From an uncultured Gammaproteobacteria bacterium (lineage in GTDB: Bacteria; Patescibacteriota; Microgenomatia; Levybacterales; UBA12049): a stretch of DNA of 64,000 bases. Position numbers and translations under genes: made by a program. The notes beneath the pieces are model-generated. The model was not told the DNA's origin. It did not search any database and saw nothing but the letters and a program-made list of their open reading frames with translations. The stretch is taken from NCBI GenBank assembly GCA_964562445.1, contig CAZLSZ010000003.1, positions 693 through 64,692 of the forward strand, given 5' to 3'. This document shows positions 1-8,111 of the stretch, one piece after another (the first letter of the stretch is position 1; the number at the start of each line of letters is the position of its first letter).

Positions 1-568
1 AGCAGTTAAAGATAAATCCGCGGTTAATTTACTTATTCATGAGTTTAGTCATATTTACCGTATCGAGACACATCATCCATCACATAATCAATCTCGAATA
101 AATACTATTGTAGGGTGGGCTGTATATGGGAAGGTGATGTATCCGTATCAGGAAACGATTATTCAGGATATGCTTAATCATCTTATGAATATCTATGCGG
201 ATGATATCACTTTTAAAGTACTTGCGTCAGGGAAAAAACAACTTCATTTTAATGATTTCTTTTTGCATTGGGTGAAAGAGCCGAGTAACTCTGAAGATAT
301 GTTGATGAAGCGATGGGAAGATGCGGGTGGATTAATAAGTGCGGCATTTGCAGAAGCATCCCTGAGCAGACATAACATCTTTGATACGGATAGAAAAGTA
401 GAAAAAGCAGTCGAAAAATTCCTGACAGGTATCGATAAAAAACAGGCAGAAAAATATGCGTTTTTCAAAACATTCCTGTCCTATCTGCCGGAGGAAGTAG
501 AAGAAAAAGAGTACGAGAAGCTCCTCATAAAATATATCGGTGAGTTTTTAAAGATGAGTAGTCTTTAG
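1..568 (+). CDS. 5'-truncated CDS; the frame is open from the window edge. The upstream part carries an HEFSH (HExxH-like) motif, so possibly a zinc-metallopeptidase-like protein.
   Basis: Frame 2 has no stop between position 2 and the listed ORF at 134..568. The translation includes LIHEFSHIYRIETHH. No further homology recognised. Confidence 0.35.
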   Translation, partial: AVKDKSAVNLLIHEFSHIYRIETHHPSHNQSRINTIVGWAVYGKVMYPYQETIIQDMLNHLMNIYADDITFKVLASGKKQLHFNDFFLHWVKEPSNSEDMLMKRWEDAGGLISAAFAEASLSRHNIFDTDRKVEKAVEKFLTGIDKKQAEKYAFFKTFLSYLPEEVEEKEYEKLLIKYIGEFLKMSSL

Positions 569-642
569 TTTGACGAGGCTTAATTACCCCATAATAATTT
601 TCCTTGTTGCAATATAAAAGAAAGGGATTATAATTCATTTTT

Positions 643-1050
643 ATGGCAAGTTTAAAAGAGTTAAATCCAATACATCATATAAGGCACGGACGGACATTGA
701 CAGGTCTTGCTGTTGCTGCGGGTGTAGCAACGGGTGCAGGGTTGACGGGAAGTACTATTGGTCTGGATGGGAGTGTAGTCGGCAAAGGTGCTGCTATTAC
801 ATTGGGTGATGGCGAAGCACATCATCAAGCGACAGGAAGAGATACTACAACGTTTGGAATCAACAATATTGGTTTGAATTTTTCTTCAAATAGTGATAGA
901 AGTACAGCACGAATAGGTGTTGTATTAAATCATAGAACAGATGGCCCTGGATATAATGTAAAAATTGAAAAAAAGCAAGCAGCTGGCAATTTGTCTAGCC
1001 CAACTGCATTACCAAGTTTCAAAGAGTTAGGATATAAGCCTCGCCAATAA
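643..1050 (+). CDS. Hypothetical Gly/Ala/Thr-rich protein
   Basis: 135-aa ORF with no recognisable domain. The GLTGSTIGLDGSVVGKGAAITLGDGE region is low complexity. Confidence 0.3.
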   Translation: MASLKELNPIHHIRHGRTLTGLAVAAGVATGAGLTGSTIGLDGSVVGKGAAITLGDGEAHHQATGRDTTTFGINNIGLNFSSNSDRSTARIGVVLNHRTDGPGYNVKIEKKQAAGNLSSPTALPSFKELGYKPRQ

Positions 1051-1096
1051 TTTTTTTCTCACACAATCCTCATCTTTCTCCTTTATAATTCCCTTT

Positions 1097-2044
1097 ATGA
1101 ACGAAGAGTTTCAGGTATTGTTATATTACAAATATATCCACATTGATGATCCCGAAAAAGTCCGTGATGAACAGCGGGAAATATGTCAAAAGCTCGGATT
1201 AAAAGGACGTATTATTGTTGCAACGGAAGGAATTAACGGAACAGTAGAAGGGCCTGTCGCTAATACTGAAAAGTATATCAAAGCGATGGAGAAGACGGCT
1301 TATTTTAAAGGTATTCATTACAAAAAAAGTATAGGAACAGGTGAAGCGTTTCCCAAGTTATCTGTCAAAGTCCGACCTGAACTCGTGACAGCACATCTGC
1401 AGGATATTGATCCAAATAAATTGACCGGGAAATATCTTACGGCGGATGAATTATACCGCTGGTATGAGGATAAGAAAGAATTCTATCTGGTCGATATGCG
1501 CAACGATTATGAATATGAGTCCGGTTATTTTGAAAATTTTATTCCTTCAGGGATTCATAATTTTTATGATCTGCCAGATGTACTTCCCAAAATAAAACAT
1601 CTCAAAAATAAACCAGTTGTTACTGTCTGTACAGGGGGAATTCGCTGCGAGAAGGCATCAGGATTTCTCATGAAGCATGGTTTTAAAGACGTTTACCAAC
1701 TCTATGATGGTATCCAAACATTTATGGAAAAGTATCCAAATAAATATTTCAAGGGAAAGTTATATGTTTTTGATAAACGGATGACACTGGGATACAACAC
1801 TGATTCTCCCGAACATGAGGTGGTAGGGAAATGTATGCATTGCGGAAAGTCGAGTGACACATATGTAAATTGTGAATACAATTTTTGTCACTATCACTAT
1901 ATTTGCTGTAAGGATTGTCTTGACCCGGAGACAGGTTTCGCTTTTTGTAAAAAGGAGTGTAAAGAGAAATATCTTAAGCAAAAAAACGATACACAAAAAT
2001 CTTCTTCTTCTGTACAAATCTTAGGTATTACATTGCAAGCTTGA
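1097..2044 (+). CDS. trhO: Rhodanese-domain tRNA uridine(34) hydroxylase, TrhO/YceA (UPF0176) family
   Basis: N-terminal YYKYxxIxDP...ATEGINGT signature; rhodanese domain with catalytic Cys (CTGGIRCEKAS); C-terminal Cys-rich tail. TGA stop at 2042..2044. Confidence 0.8.
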   Translation: MNEEFQVLLYYKYIHIDDPEKVRDEQREICQKLGLKGRIIVATEGINGTVEGPVANTEKYIKAMEKTAYFKGIHYKKSIGTGEAFPKLSVKVRPELVTAHLQDIDPNKLTGKYLTADELYRWYEDKKEFYLVDMRNDYEYESGYFENFIPSGIHNFYDLPDVLPKIKHLKNKPVVTVCTGGIRCEKASGFLMKHGFKDVYQLYDGIQTFMEKYPNKYFKGKLYVFDKRMTLGYNTDSPEHEVVGKCMHCGKSSDTYVNCEYNFCHYHYICCKDCLDPETGFAFCKKECKEKYLKQKNDTQKSSSSVQILGITLQA

Positions 2045-2071
2045 GTAACATAACAATACGAACCGCATAAA

Positions 2072-3490
2072 ATGCCTTTCTCTGCTATACTAGTGAGTAT
2101 GGTTTTTGGAAAAGATAAAATAATAGGTACATTTGCCCCGGTCTTTTCCCTCAGAAGCTCCGTACAAGAAAAAGATGATTATGGAACTTTTGAGTCGGGA
2201 ATAATTTTTTTGGATTGGTTACATCAGACACGACAGCACGCGTGGCAGATGCTTCCTCTCAACGAAACACAAATTGAAAAGGGATCAAAAACAAAACATG
2301 TCCCGTCACCGTATAAAGGATACGGCATAGGTCTTGATCCGAAATTTCTTTCAGCTGCATATAAAAAAACGAACCCATCACCGTATCAGTTGGATGAATT
2401 CATTGCGAAACACGATTTTTGGATAAAAGATTATGCGCTTTTTTGCGCGCTTCGTGATGCGTTTGGGACAGATGATTGGAGAGAATGGGAAACGGATATC
2501 AAAATGTGTAATGAAAACGCAATTAAAGAATGGGAAGAAAAGTTACAAAAAGAAATTGCATTTTATATCACTCAACAATGGCAATTGCATGAATCCTATC
2601 AACAGCTGCATCAAAAAGCAAACGAATTAGATGTATTATTAATTGGCGATGTTCCGTTTTATTTATCCCTCAATAGTCCTTTGGTATGGAGACATAAGTC
2701 TTTTTTTGAAATAAATGATCGGGGAGAAATGACGCATGTCTCAGGGGCAGTTACTAAAAAATTTTCTCATTTTGGGAGACAAGTTTGGGGGCATCCATTG
2801 TATACCTATAAAGATATACAAGCGACTATAACATTCTGGAAAAAACGAATTGAGTACACATCTTTTTTGTTCGATATTATACGATTTGATTATGCTGCTG
2901 GTTTTTTTGAATATGCAGCAAAAGACCCGAGAGATCCGAAAAATGATGAAGAAAGAACCGGTCCCGGTGAATCATTTTTCGGATCTCTTATCGATTATGC
3001 GCATGAAAAAGAGATCCGTGTTTTTGCCGAAGACAGCGGAAAACACGTCCAACAACTTCGTGAGTATATGGCATCTCGTACTATCCCTGGTATACGGATA
3101 TTCAGATATGCCTATGATGAATTACGTGATTGTATAAACCCTTATTATGCAAATATCTCTGAGTATCCGGCGCGTTCTATTATTTATTCGACAACACATG
3201 ACACTGAGACAATAGTGAGTTATTTACATTTATTGGATGCCAAACAGAGGAATGCTTTATGTCATTATATGCAAATTTCAGATAAACATTCTATAAATGA
3301 TATGGCAGAACGTCTTCGTTCTAAAGTAATTCATTCGAGTGCGAATACTATTATTATCCCTATACAAGATTGGCTTTTGTCAGAAAATCGCATCAATGTA
3401 CCCGGTACAGAAAAAGAAATAGATGATAAAAATTGGCAGTATATGATTGAAACCCCAATTGAGGATCTTCCGAGAAATATATTTGAGTAG
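2072..3490 (+). CDS. malQ: 4-alpha-glucanotransferase (amylomaltase, GH77)
   Basis: SPYKGYGIGLDPKF (SPY motif), DDWREWE, and FYITQQWQLHES...LLIGDVPFYLSLNSPLVW match the GH77 catalytic-region pattern (FxQW...IGDxPxYV). Confidence 0.7.
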   Translation: MPFSAILVSMVFGKDKIIGTFAPVFSLRSSVQEKDDYGTFESGIIFLDWLHQTRQHAWQMLPLNETQIEKGSKTKHVPSPYKGYGIGLDPKFLSAAYKKTNPSPYQLDEFIAKHDFWIKDYALFCALRDAFGTDDWREWETDIKMCNENAIKEWEEKLQKEIAFYITQQWQLHESYQQLHQKANELDVLLIGDVPFYLSLNSPLVWRHKSFFEINDRGEMTHVSGAVTKKFSHFGRQVWGHPLYTYKDIQATITFWKKRIEYTSFLFDIIRFDYAAGFFEYAAKDPRDPKNDEERTGPGESFFGSLIDYAHEKEIRVFAEDSGKHVQQLREYMASRTIPGIRIFRYAYDELRDCINPYYANISEYPARSIIYSTTHDTETIVSYLHLLDAKQRNALCHYMQISDKHSINDMAERLRSKVIHSSANTIIIPIQDWLLSENRINVPGTEKEIDDKNWQYMIETPIEDLPRNIFE

Positions 3491-3571
3491 TTAGGAATTT
3501 ATATTTTGAAAGCATACTGTCATGCTGAGCTATATGGTAGATTCAATAATATCGTATAATATTCAACCATC

Positions 3572-3597
3572 GTCATTCCCGCGAAAGCGGGAATGAC
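3572..3597. repeat. REP-like palindromic unit GTCATTCCCGCGAAAGCGGGAATGAC (perfect 26-nt palindrome)
   Basis: Intergenic between malQ and the beta-lactamase-like gene. Member of the GGAATGAC-armed palindrome family seen throughout the window. Confidence 0.7.
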
Positions 3598-3669
3598 GAA
3601 ACGGATCCCGAAATAACAAGAAATATTCTTAATGAAAAATACGATACTTTGTGAGATGATAAATAAGCT

Positions 3670-4659
3670 ATGATGCGGTATTATGATTTCTCATCACAAG
3701 CCCAATCCCAAAGACAGCGTCCATTATCCCGAAGGCGAGAAAAAAAACATATTGGGATAAAAATTCCACTTCTTATACTTCTTATTTCGACTCTGATCCC
3801 ATATCTGTACTCTCAATTCGGTACAAAAACAGAAACAGATAACCGTTCCGAAACACTTGCAGCAAAAACAGATGTGGTCACCCAGGAAACACTTGAAACA
3901 AAAAATTCGACTGAATTGGGAATGATTGTGCAGTCAGCATTGAAAGATACGAAAGGGAAATATAGTGTTGCTATAAAAAATCTTTCCACAGACGAACAAT
4001 ATGTATTTAATGAACATGAGAGATATCAGTCAGGAAGTTTGTATAAATTATGGGTGATGGTAGAGGCATGTAATCAATTGCAAAATGGCAAACTCAAAGA
4101 AAATCAAGTATTATCACAGGACATTGCAGCATTAAACGCATATTTTGATATTGCCTCCGATTCTGCAGAATTGACGAAGGGAGATATAACATTAACTGTT
4201 AATCAGGCATTAAAACAAATGATTACCATTTCTCATAACTATGCTGCATTACTGCTCGCGCAAAAAGTCGGATTGAAAAATATTTCTGAATACATACAGA
4301 CACATCAGTATGTAGATTCAAAAATCGGTAGCCCACCCATGACTTCAGCGTATGATATGCTTTCTTTTTTTGACGCGCTATATCATGAGAAGATAGTGAG
4401 TCCTACATACAATGATAAAATGATTAATCTTTTAAAAGAGCAGCGATTAAATAATAAAATTCCCCGATATCTCCCTGAAGGTGTTGTCATCGCACATAAA
4501 ACAGGTGAATTGGGGTTTGTTTCGCATGATGCTGGAATTGTGTATACGCCGAAAGGAGATTATATTCTTATTGTCCTTACTGAAAGCGCAAATCCGGAGG
4601 CGGCAGAAGAACGAATTGCGGATATTTCAAAAAGGGTGTATACGTATTTCAATAAATAA
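3670..4659 (+). CDS. Class A beta-lactamase-like serine hydrolase, secreted or membrane-anchored
   Basis: SxxK (SLYK), SxN (SHN) and KTG (HKTGE) motifs in the correct order and spacing. N-terminal hydrophobic anchor. Confidence 0.6.
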   Translation: MMRYYDFSSQAQSQRQRPLSRRREKKHIGIKIPLLILLISTLIPYLYSQFGTKTETDNRSETLAAKTDVVTQETLETKNSTELGMIVQSALKDTKGKYSVAIKNLSTDEQYVFNEHERYQSGSLYKLWVMVEACNQLQNGKLKENQVLSQDIAALNAYFDIASDSAELTKGDITLTVNQALKQMITISHNYAALLLAQKVGLKNISEYIQTHQYVDSKIGSPPMTSAYDMLSFFDALYHEKIVSPTYNDKMINLLKEQRLNNKIPRYLPEGVVIAHKTGELGFVSHDAGIVYTPKGDYILIVLTESANPEAAEERIADISKRVYTYFNK

Positions 4660-4661
4660 CG

Positions 4662-5207
4662 TTAGTCTTCAGGCTCAGGAGGTAAAAATTCTTCTCCACC
4701 GTGATCTTCTTTTTGAGGATATTCATTATATTTAAGCCAATATATATACGTGCATCCTGTCGCCTTTTTTGTTTTACTATCCCACCCTGCGGTAGAGCAC
4801 TTTTTCATTTTTTTGCCGGCGTTCGTGGTAAAAAGCACGAGTTTTTTCCCGCATTCAGGACATTCTTCATCCAGAGGTTCTGTCGTGCCGTTGACCCATT
4901 CTACATAATCACAGCCGACGACTTTTTTTGTCGCTGCATCCCACATGCCGGTAGAACATTTTTTCATCTTCTTCCCAAATCTTGTAGTTGCGAGAATTAA
5001 TTTTGCTCCGCATTTCGGACATTCTTCGTCCAACTCTTTCGGTTGCACTTCAAGCCATTTTACATACTCGCAACCGACGTTTTTCTTTGCGTCAGGATCC
5101 CATGAACCTTTTGAACAGCGTTGTAATCTTTTACCTGTTTTTGTTTCCGTTATTTCTCCGAGAGGACTACCACATTTCGGACAGACATCTGTTGTTTGTT
5201 TCGTCAT
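4662..5207 (-). CDS. Protein of three tandem ~55-aa zinc-ribbon repeats (CPxCG...C...W-D...GCxY), similar to topoisomerase-type C4 zinc fingers, with an acidic C-terminal tail
   Basis: Repeats CPKCGSPLGEITETKTGKRLQRCSKGSWDPDAKKNVGCEYVKW, CPKCGAKLILATTRFGKKMKKCSTGMWDAATKKVVGCDYVEW and CPECGKKLVLFTTNAGKKMKKCSTAGWDSKTKKATGCTYIYW. Confidence 0.5.
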   Translation of the reverse strand: MTKQTTDVCPKCGSPLGEITETKTGKRLQRCSKGSWDPDAKKNVGCEYVKWLEVQPKELDEECPKCGAKLILATTRFGKKMKKCSTGMWDAATKKVVGCDYVEWVNGTTEPLDEECPECGKKLVLFTTNAGKKMKKCSTAGWDSKTKKATGCTYIYWLKYNEYPQKEDHGGEEFLPPEPED

Positions 5208-5327
5208 GATTTTCTTATGTTACTTGTTTTTTGCTGATCAGTCAAGATATATTATATATATCGAAATAGCTCAATAAAATATACATATATATAGAGAAAA
5301 TATACAATTGTATTTTAGTAGATAGTT

Positions 5328-6365
5328 TTACGAAATTAAGTTATTTTTTTGCTTTGTCAGTGAACGCATGATGGAAGCATAAATAAATATGTCAACAAAG
5401 AGAATAATACCTAATGCAATTACTGTAAAGAGAATGGGGAAAATTAATTTAACCGTTGCATCATGTGCCCACCAATACGGGTCAATTATCTTGATGATTG
5501 TCAGATAAATAGGGTAGTGCAATGCGAAAAGGATCATGGTTTTTTTTCCAATATATTCAATTATTGTGTTTGTTCTTATAGCATAGCTTAATGAGATTAC
5601 GGAAGTTATTCCTGCTATCGCACCTATGTAAAAAAGAAAAATATTATTAAATTGATTAATACGGGTATCTATCTGATGTCCTGATTGTGTAAAGTTTATA
5701 AATGCAAAAAGGTATGTTAGGAATAGTGTGATTATGGATATGAGAAGCGGTCTGTATTGCATAATTATTCTACTTATATTATGTTGTATCATGAGATGAC
5801 CAAGCCCGAAAAATACCGTAGTTGTCAATGCGATTTCCATACTCATTGGTAGTGTTTTATGTTGCGGATATAGTGTAGACAGATATCCGATGATGCCGAA
5901 AATCGCCAGCAGAGCGTATCGCCATTCCATTCTTTTTGCTACTCGTAGTACTATCCCGTACAGTAGTTTTGTAACAAAAAAACAGGGTAAGAACCAAAGC
6001 GGTGCATTAAATTCCAGATGTGGGAAATCTCCATTCGCGATTATTATTCCATGTATTTCCGCAAAAATGTCATGCTGTTTAGCGGGTTCCAAAACGAAAA
6101 GCCAATATACATATGTTACTGCAGCAAAAAAGAAATACGGGATAAGAATTTGTTTGATATTTTTTATAATGAAATGTAAAAAAGATTCCGTATGTTTTTC
6201 TTTGAATACCATTCCTGATAAAAAGAAAAAAAGGGGAAGATGAAATGAATAGATAAAAAATCTTGTTTGATCAGAACCGAGCACATGACCATACATTACC
6301 AGAAGAATACCGATTCCGCGGGCTATATCGATCCATGATTTTCGGGATATGTGTACTTTATTCAT
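5328..6365 (-). CDS. Membrane acyltransferase family 3 (OafA/YrhL-like)
   Basis: About 10 TM segments. N-terminal IARGIGILLVMYGHV is typical of Acyl_transf_3. Start placed at MNKVHISRK rather than the first in-frame ATG (6446) to avoid a long overlap with the upstream gene. Confidence 0.6.
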   Translation of the reverse strand: MNKVHISRKSWIDIARGIGILLVMYGHVLGSDQTRFFIYSFHLPLFFFLSGMVFKEKHTESFLHFIIKNIKQILIPYFFFAAVTYVYWLFVLEPAKQHDIFAEIHGIIIANGDFPHLEFNAPLWFLPCFFVTKLLYGIVLRVAKRMEWRYALLAIFGIIGYLSTLYPQHKTLPMSMEIALTTTVFFGLGHLMIQHNISRIIMQYRPLLISIITLFLTYLFAFINFTQSGHQIDTRINQFNNIFLFYIGAIAGITSVISLSYAIRTNTIIEYIGKKTMILFALHYPIYLTIIKIIDPYWWAHDATVKLIFPILFTVIALGIILFVDIFIYASIMRSLTKQKNNLIS

Positions 6366-6720
6366 TATTTCTTTTTTTCGTTTTTTGTTTCGGAAGCGGT
6401 AATACGCTTGCCGTAATCGTAAGCAGTTCCAATACCCATGACGCATCTTCCCAATAATCCTGCGAAATAAGATAGTAGAGTTTTGCTGATGGATATGGTG
6501 GTGCTTCTACGACATTACCGATAAATTGTTTTCCTTCTTCCGTTCGCTTAACAAATAACTGATCATCACATATAAATGCTACAACTTTTTCGTTGAAGTA
6601 GAGCGCATATTCTCCGAACATTTTTCTCGTCCGAATCGATGTGCGCGCGTCATGTAGTTGGTCCAGCAAATAATCAATTGTTGACTGTTTTGTCGCCATC
6701 CGTTTATTGTAGCAAAACAA
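6358..6720 (-). CDS. TfoX N-terminal domain family protein (competence-regulator-like)
   Basis: RKMFGEYALYFNEKVVAFICDDQLFVKRTEEGKQFI resembles the TfoX_N core (RxMFGgxglyxxgkmFalvxddxLYlK). Confidence 0.5.
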   Translation of the reverse strand: MFCYNKRMATKQSTIDYLLDQLHDARTSIRTRKMFGEYALYFNEKVVAFICDDQLFVKRTEEGKQFIGNVVEAPPYPSAKLYYLISQDYWEDASWVLELLTITASVLPLPKQKTKKRNNE

Positions 6721-6748
6721 TAGTATCTGCTACAATAAATGGATCCCT

Positions 6749-7780
6749 ATGACAATAAAAGCAATAAAAAAAAGTATTTACTATAAAATTATTAAGTATA
6801 TTGTATTGTGTATCCTCTTTGTTGTCTTTATCCTCTCATTGAGCCTCAGTTATTTTACTCTTAAAAACCCACAGGAAGTGATTGATAGATTAGAACCGCT
6901 TGTACCCACTATCACACCCAATCCTGTAAGTCTGCGGGGTGTTGCGGTTTTCGGTGATAGTCAGTCTGATGAATACCGGGCGGATGATAATAGGGGAGAT
7001 AATTATCCGACTTCTACAAAGAATTGGGTTGAGATTCTTGCTCAAAAACGCAATGTTAATTTCGGTAAATGGGGAAGTTGGGGAGAGCCGAGAAGAACAG
7101 GATATGAATATAATTGGGGTCGGACAGGAGCGACTGTCGCAAGTTTAATCGAAGCGGATTCGCATGTGGATATAGCACAGAAAGTTAAAGAAGGAAAAGT
7201 AAACGTTGTCATTATGTATATAGGAGCGATAGACTTTGCTCCTGTATTTACCCCTGACGGCTATGAGAAAATATATCATGGAGAGCTTTCTGATGCAGCA
7301 AAAAAAAGAAAGATTAATCATATCGTAGCTGATATCAAAACTGCGGTATATACCATAAAAGATGCGGGAGAAGTACGGATATTATTAATTAAAATTCCTG
7401 ATTGGGGTAATCATCCCGGTATGCAAATAATTTTTCCTTTCCCGGATCAAAGGTCACAGGTGACAGCAATGATTAAAACCACCAATGATGAAATACAAAA
7501 GCTTGCGGAAACGGAGAATTTAGCTGTTTTGGATCCGAATGATTTATATTATAATCTGCCAAAAAATGATAATGGTAAAGTCATTGTGGGGAATGTTGTG
7601 CTTGATCGTTTAATTTTAAATAATACTCCGCATAATTTTTATCTGAGTGACGGCGTTCATTATGGGACAGTTGTGAACGGATTGCTTGCCAATGCGATTC
7701 TTGATAAGATAAATCCTTCATTGAAGAACCCTATACGGAAACTTAGTGATAAGGAGATACTCAATGCAGCAGGGATGTGA
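6749..7780 (+). CDS. SGNH/GDSL-family hydrolase, membrane-anchored
   Basis: GVAVFGDSQSDEY (GDSxSD block I) after an N-terminal TM helix. Confidence 0.55.
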   Translation: MTIKAIKKSIYYKIIKYIVLCILFVVFILSLSLSYFTLKNPQEVIDRLEPLVPTITPNPVSLRGVAVFGDSQSDEYRADDNRGDNYPTSTKNWVEILAQKRNVNFGKWGSWGEPRRTGYEYNWGRTGATVASLIEADSHVDIAQKVKEGKVNVVIMYIGAIDFAPVFTPDGYEKIYHGELSDAAKKRKINHIVADIKTAVYTIKDAGEVRILLIKIPDWGNHPGMQIIFPFPDQRSQVTAMIKTTNDEIQKLAETENLAVLDPNDLYYNLPKNDNGKVIVGNVVLDRLILNNTPHNFYLSDGVHYGTVVNGLLANAILDKINPSLKNPIRKLSDKEILNAAGM

Positions 7781-7795
7781 GGGGGTGATTGTGAT

Positions 7796-8068
7796 ATGGT
7801 TGAAAAAGACAAAGATAAAAAAGAAATTGGGCTGGCAATGAATCTTGATACAACACCTGTCCTTTATACAGATAATGTCCGTTTGACGACAAATAAAATG
7901 GGTGTGGTTTTAGGTTTCGGACAAACAGTGGATACGACAAATCAAATCAGAATTGTTTCTCGGATAGGGATGAGTAGGGAACACGCGAAATTATTGTTGA
8001 AAGAACTTGGATCTCTTTTGGCAATGACTGAGGGAGATTTGCAGACCAATACCAAAAAACAAAATTAA
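7796..8068 (+). CDS. Hypothetical small protein
   Basis: 90-aa ORF with no confident domain assignment. Confidence 0.3.
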   Translation: MVEKDKDKKEIGLAMNLDTTPVLYTDNVRLTTNKMGVVLGFGQTVDTTNQIRIVSRIGMSREHAKLLLKELGSLLAMTEGDLQTNTKKQN

Positions 8069-8111
8069 TTTCCTCTTTTACTCATGCATAGGTATGTGTT
8101 ACGCTTAAAGA

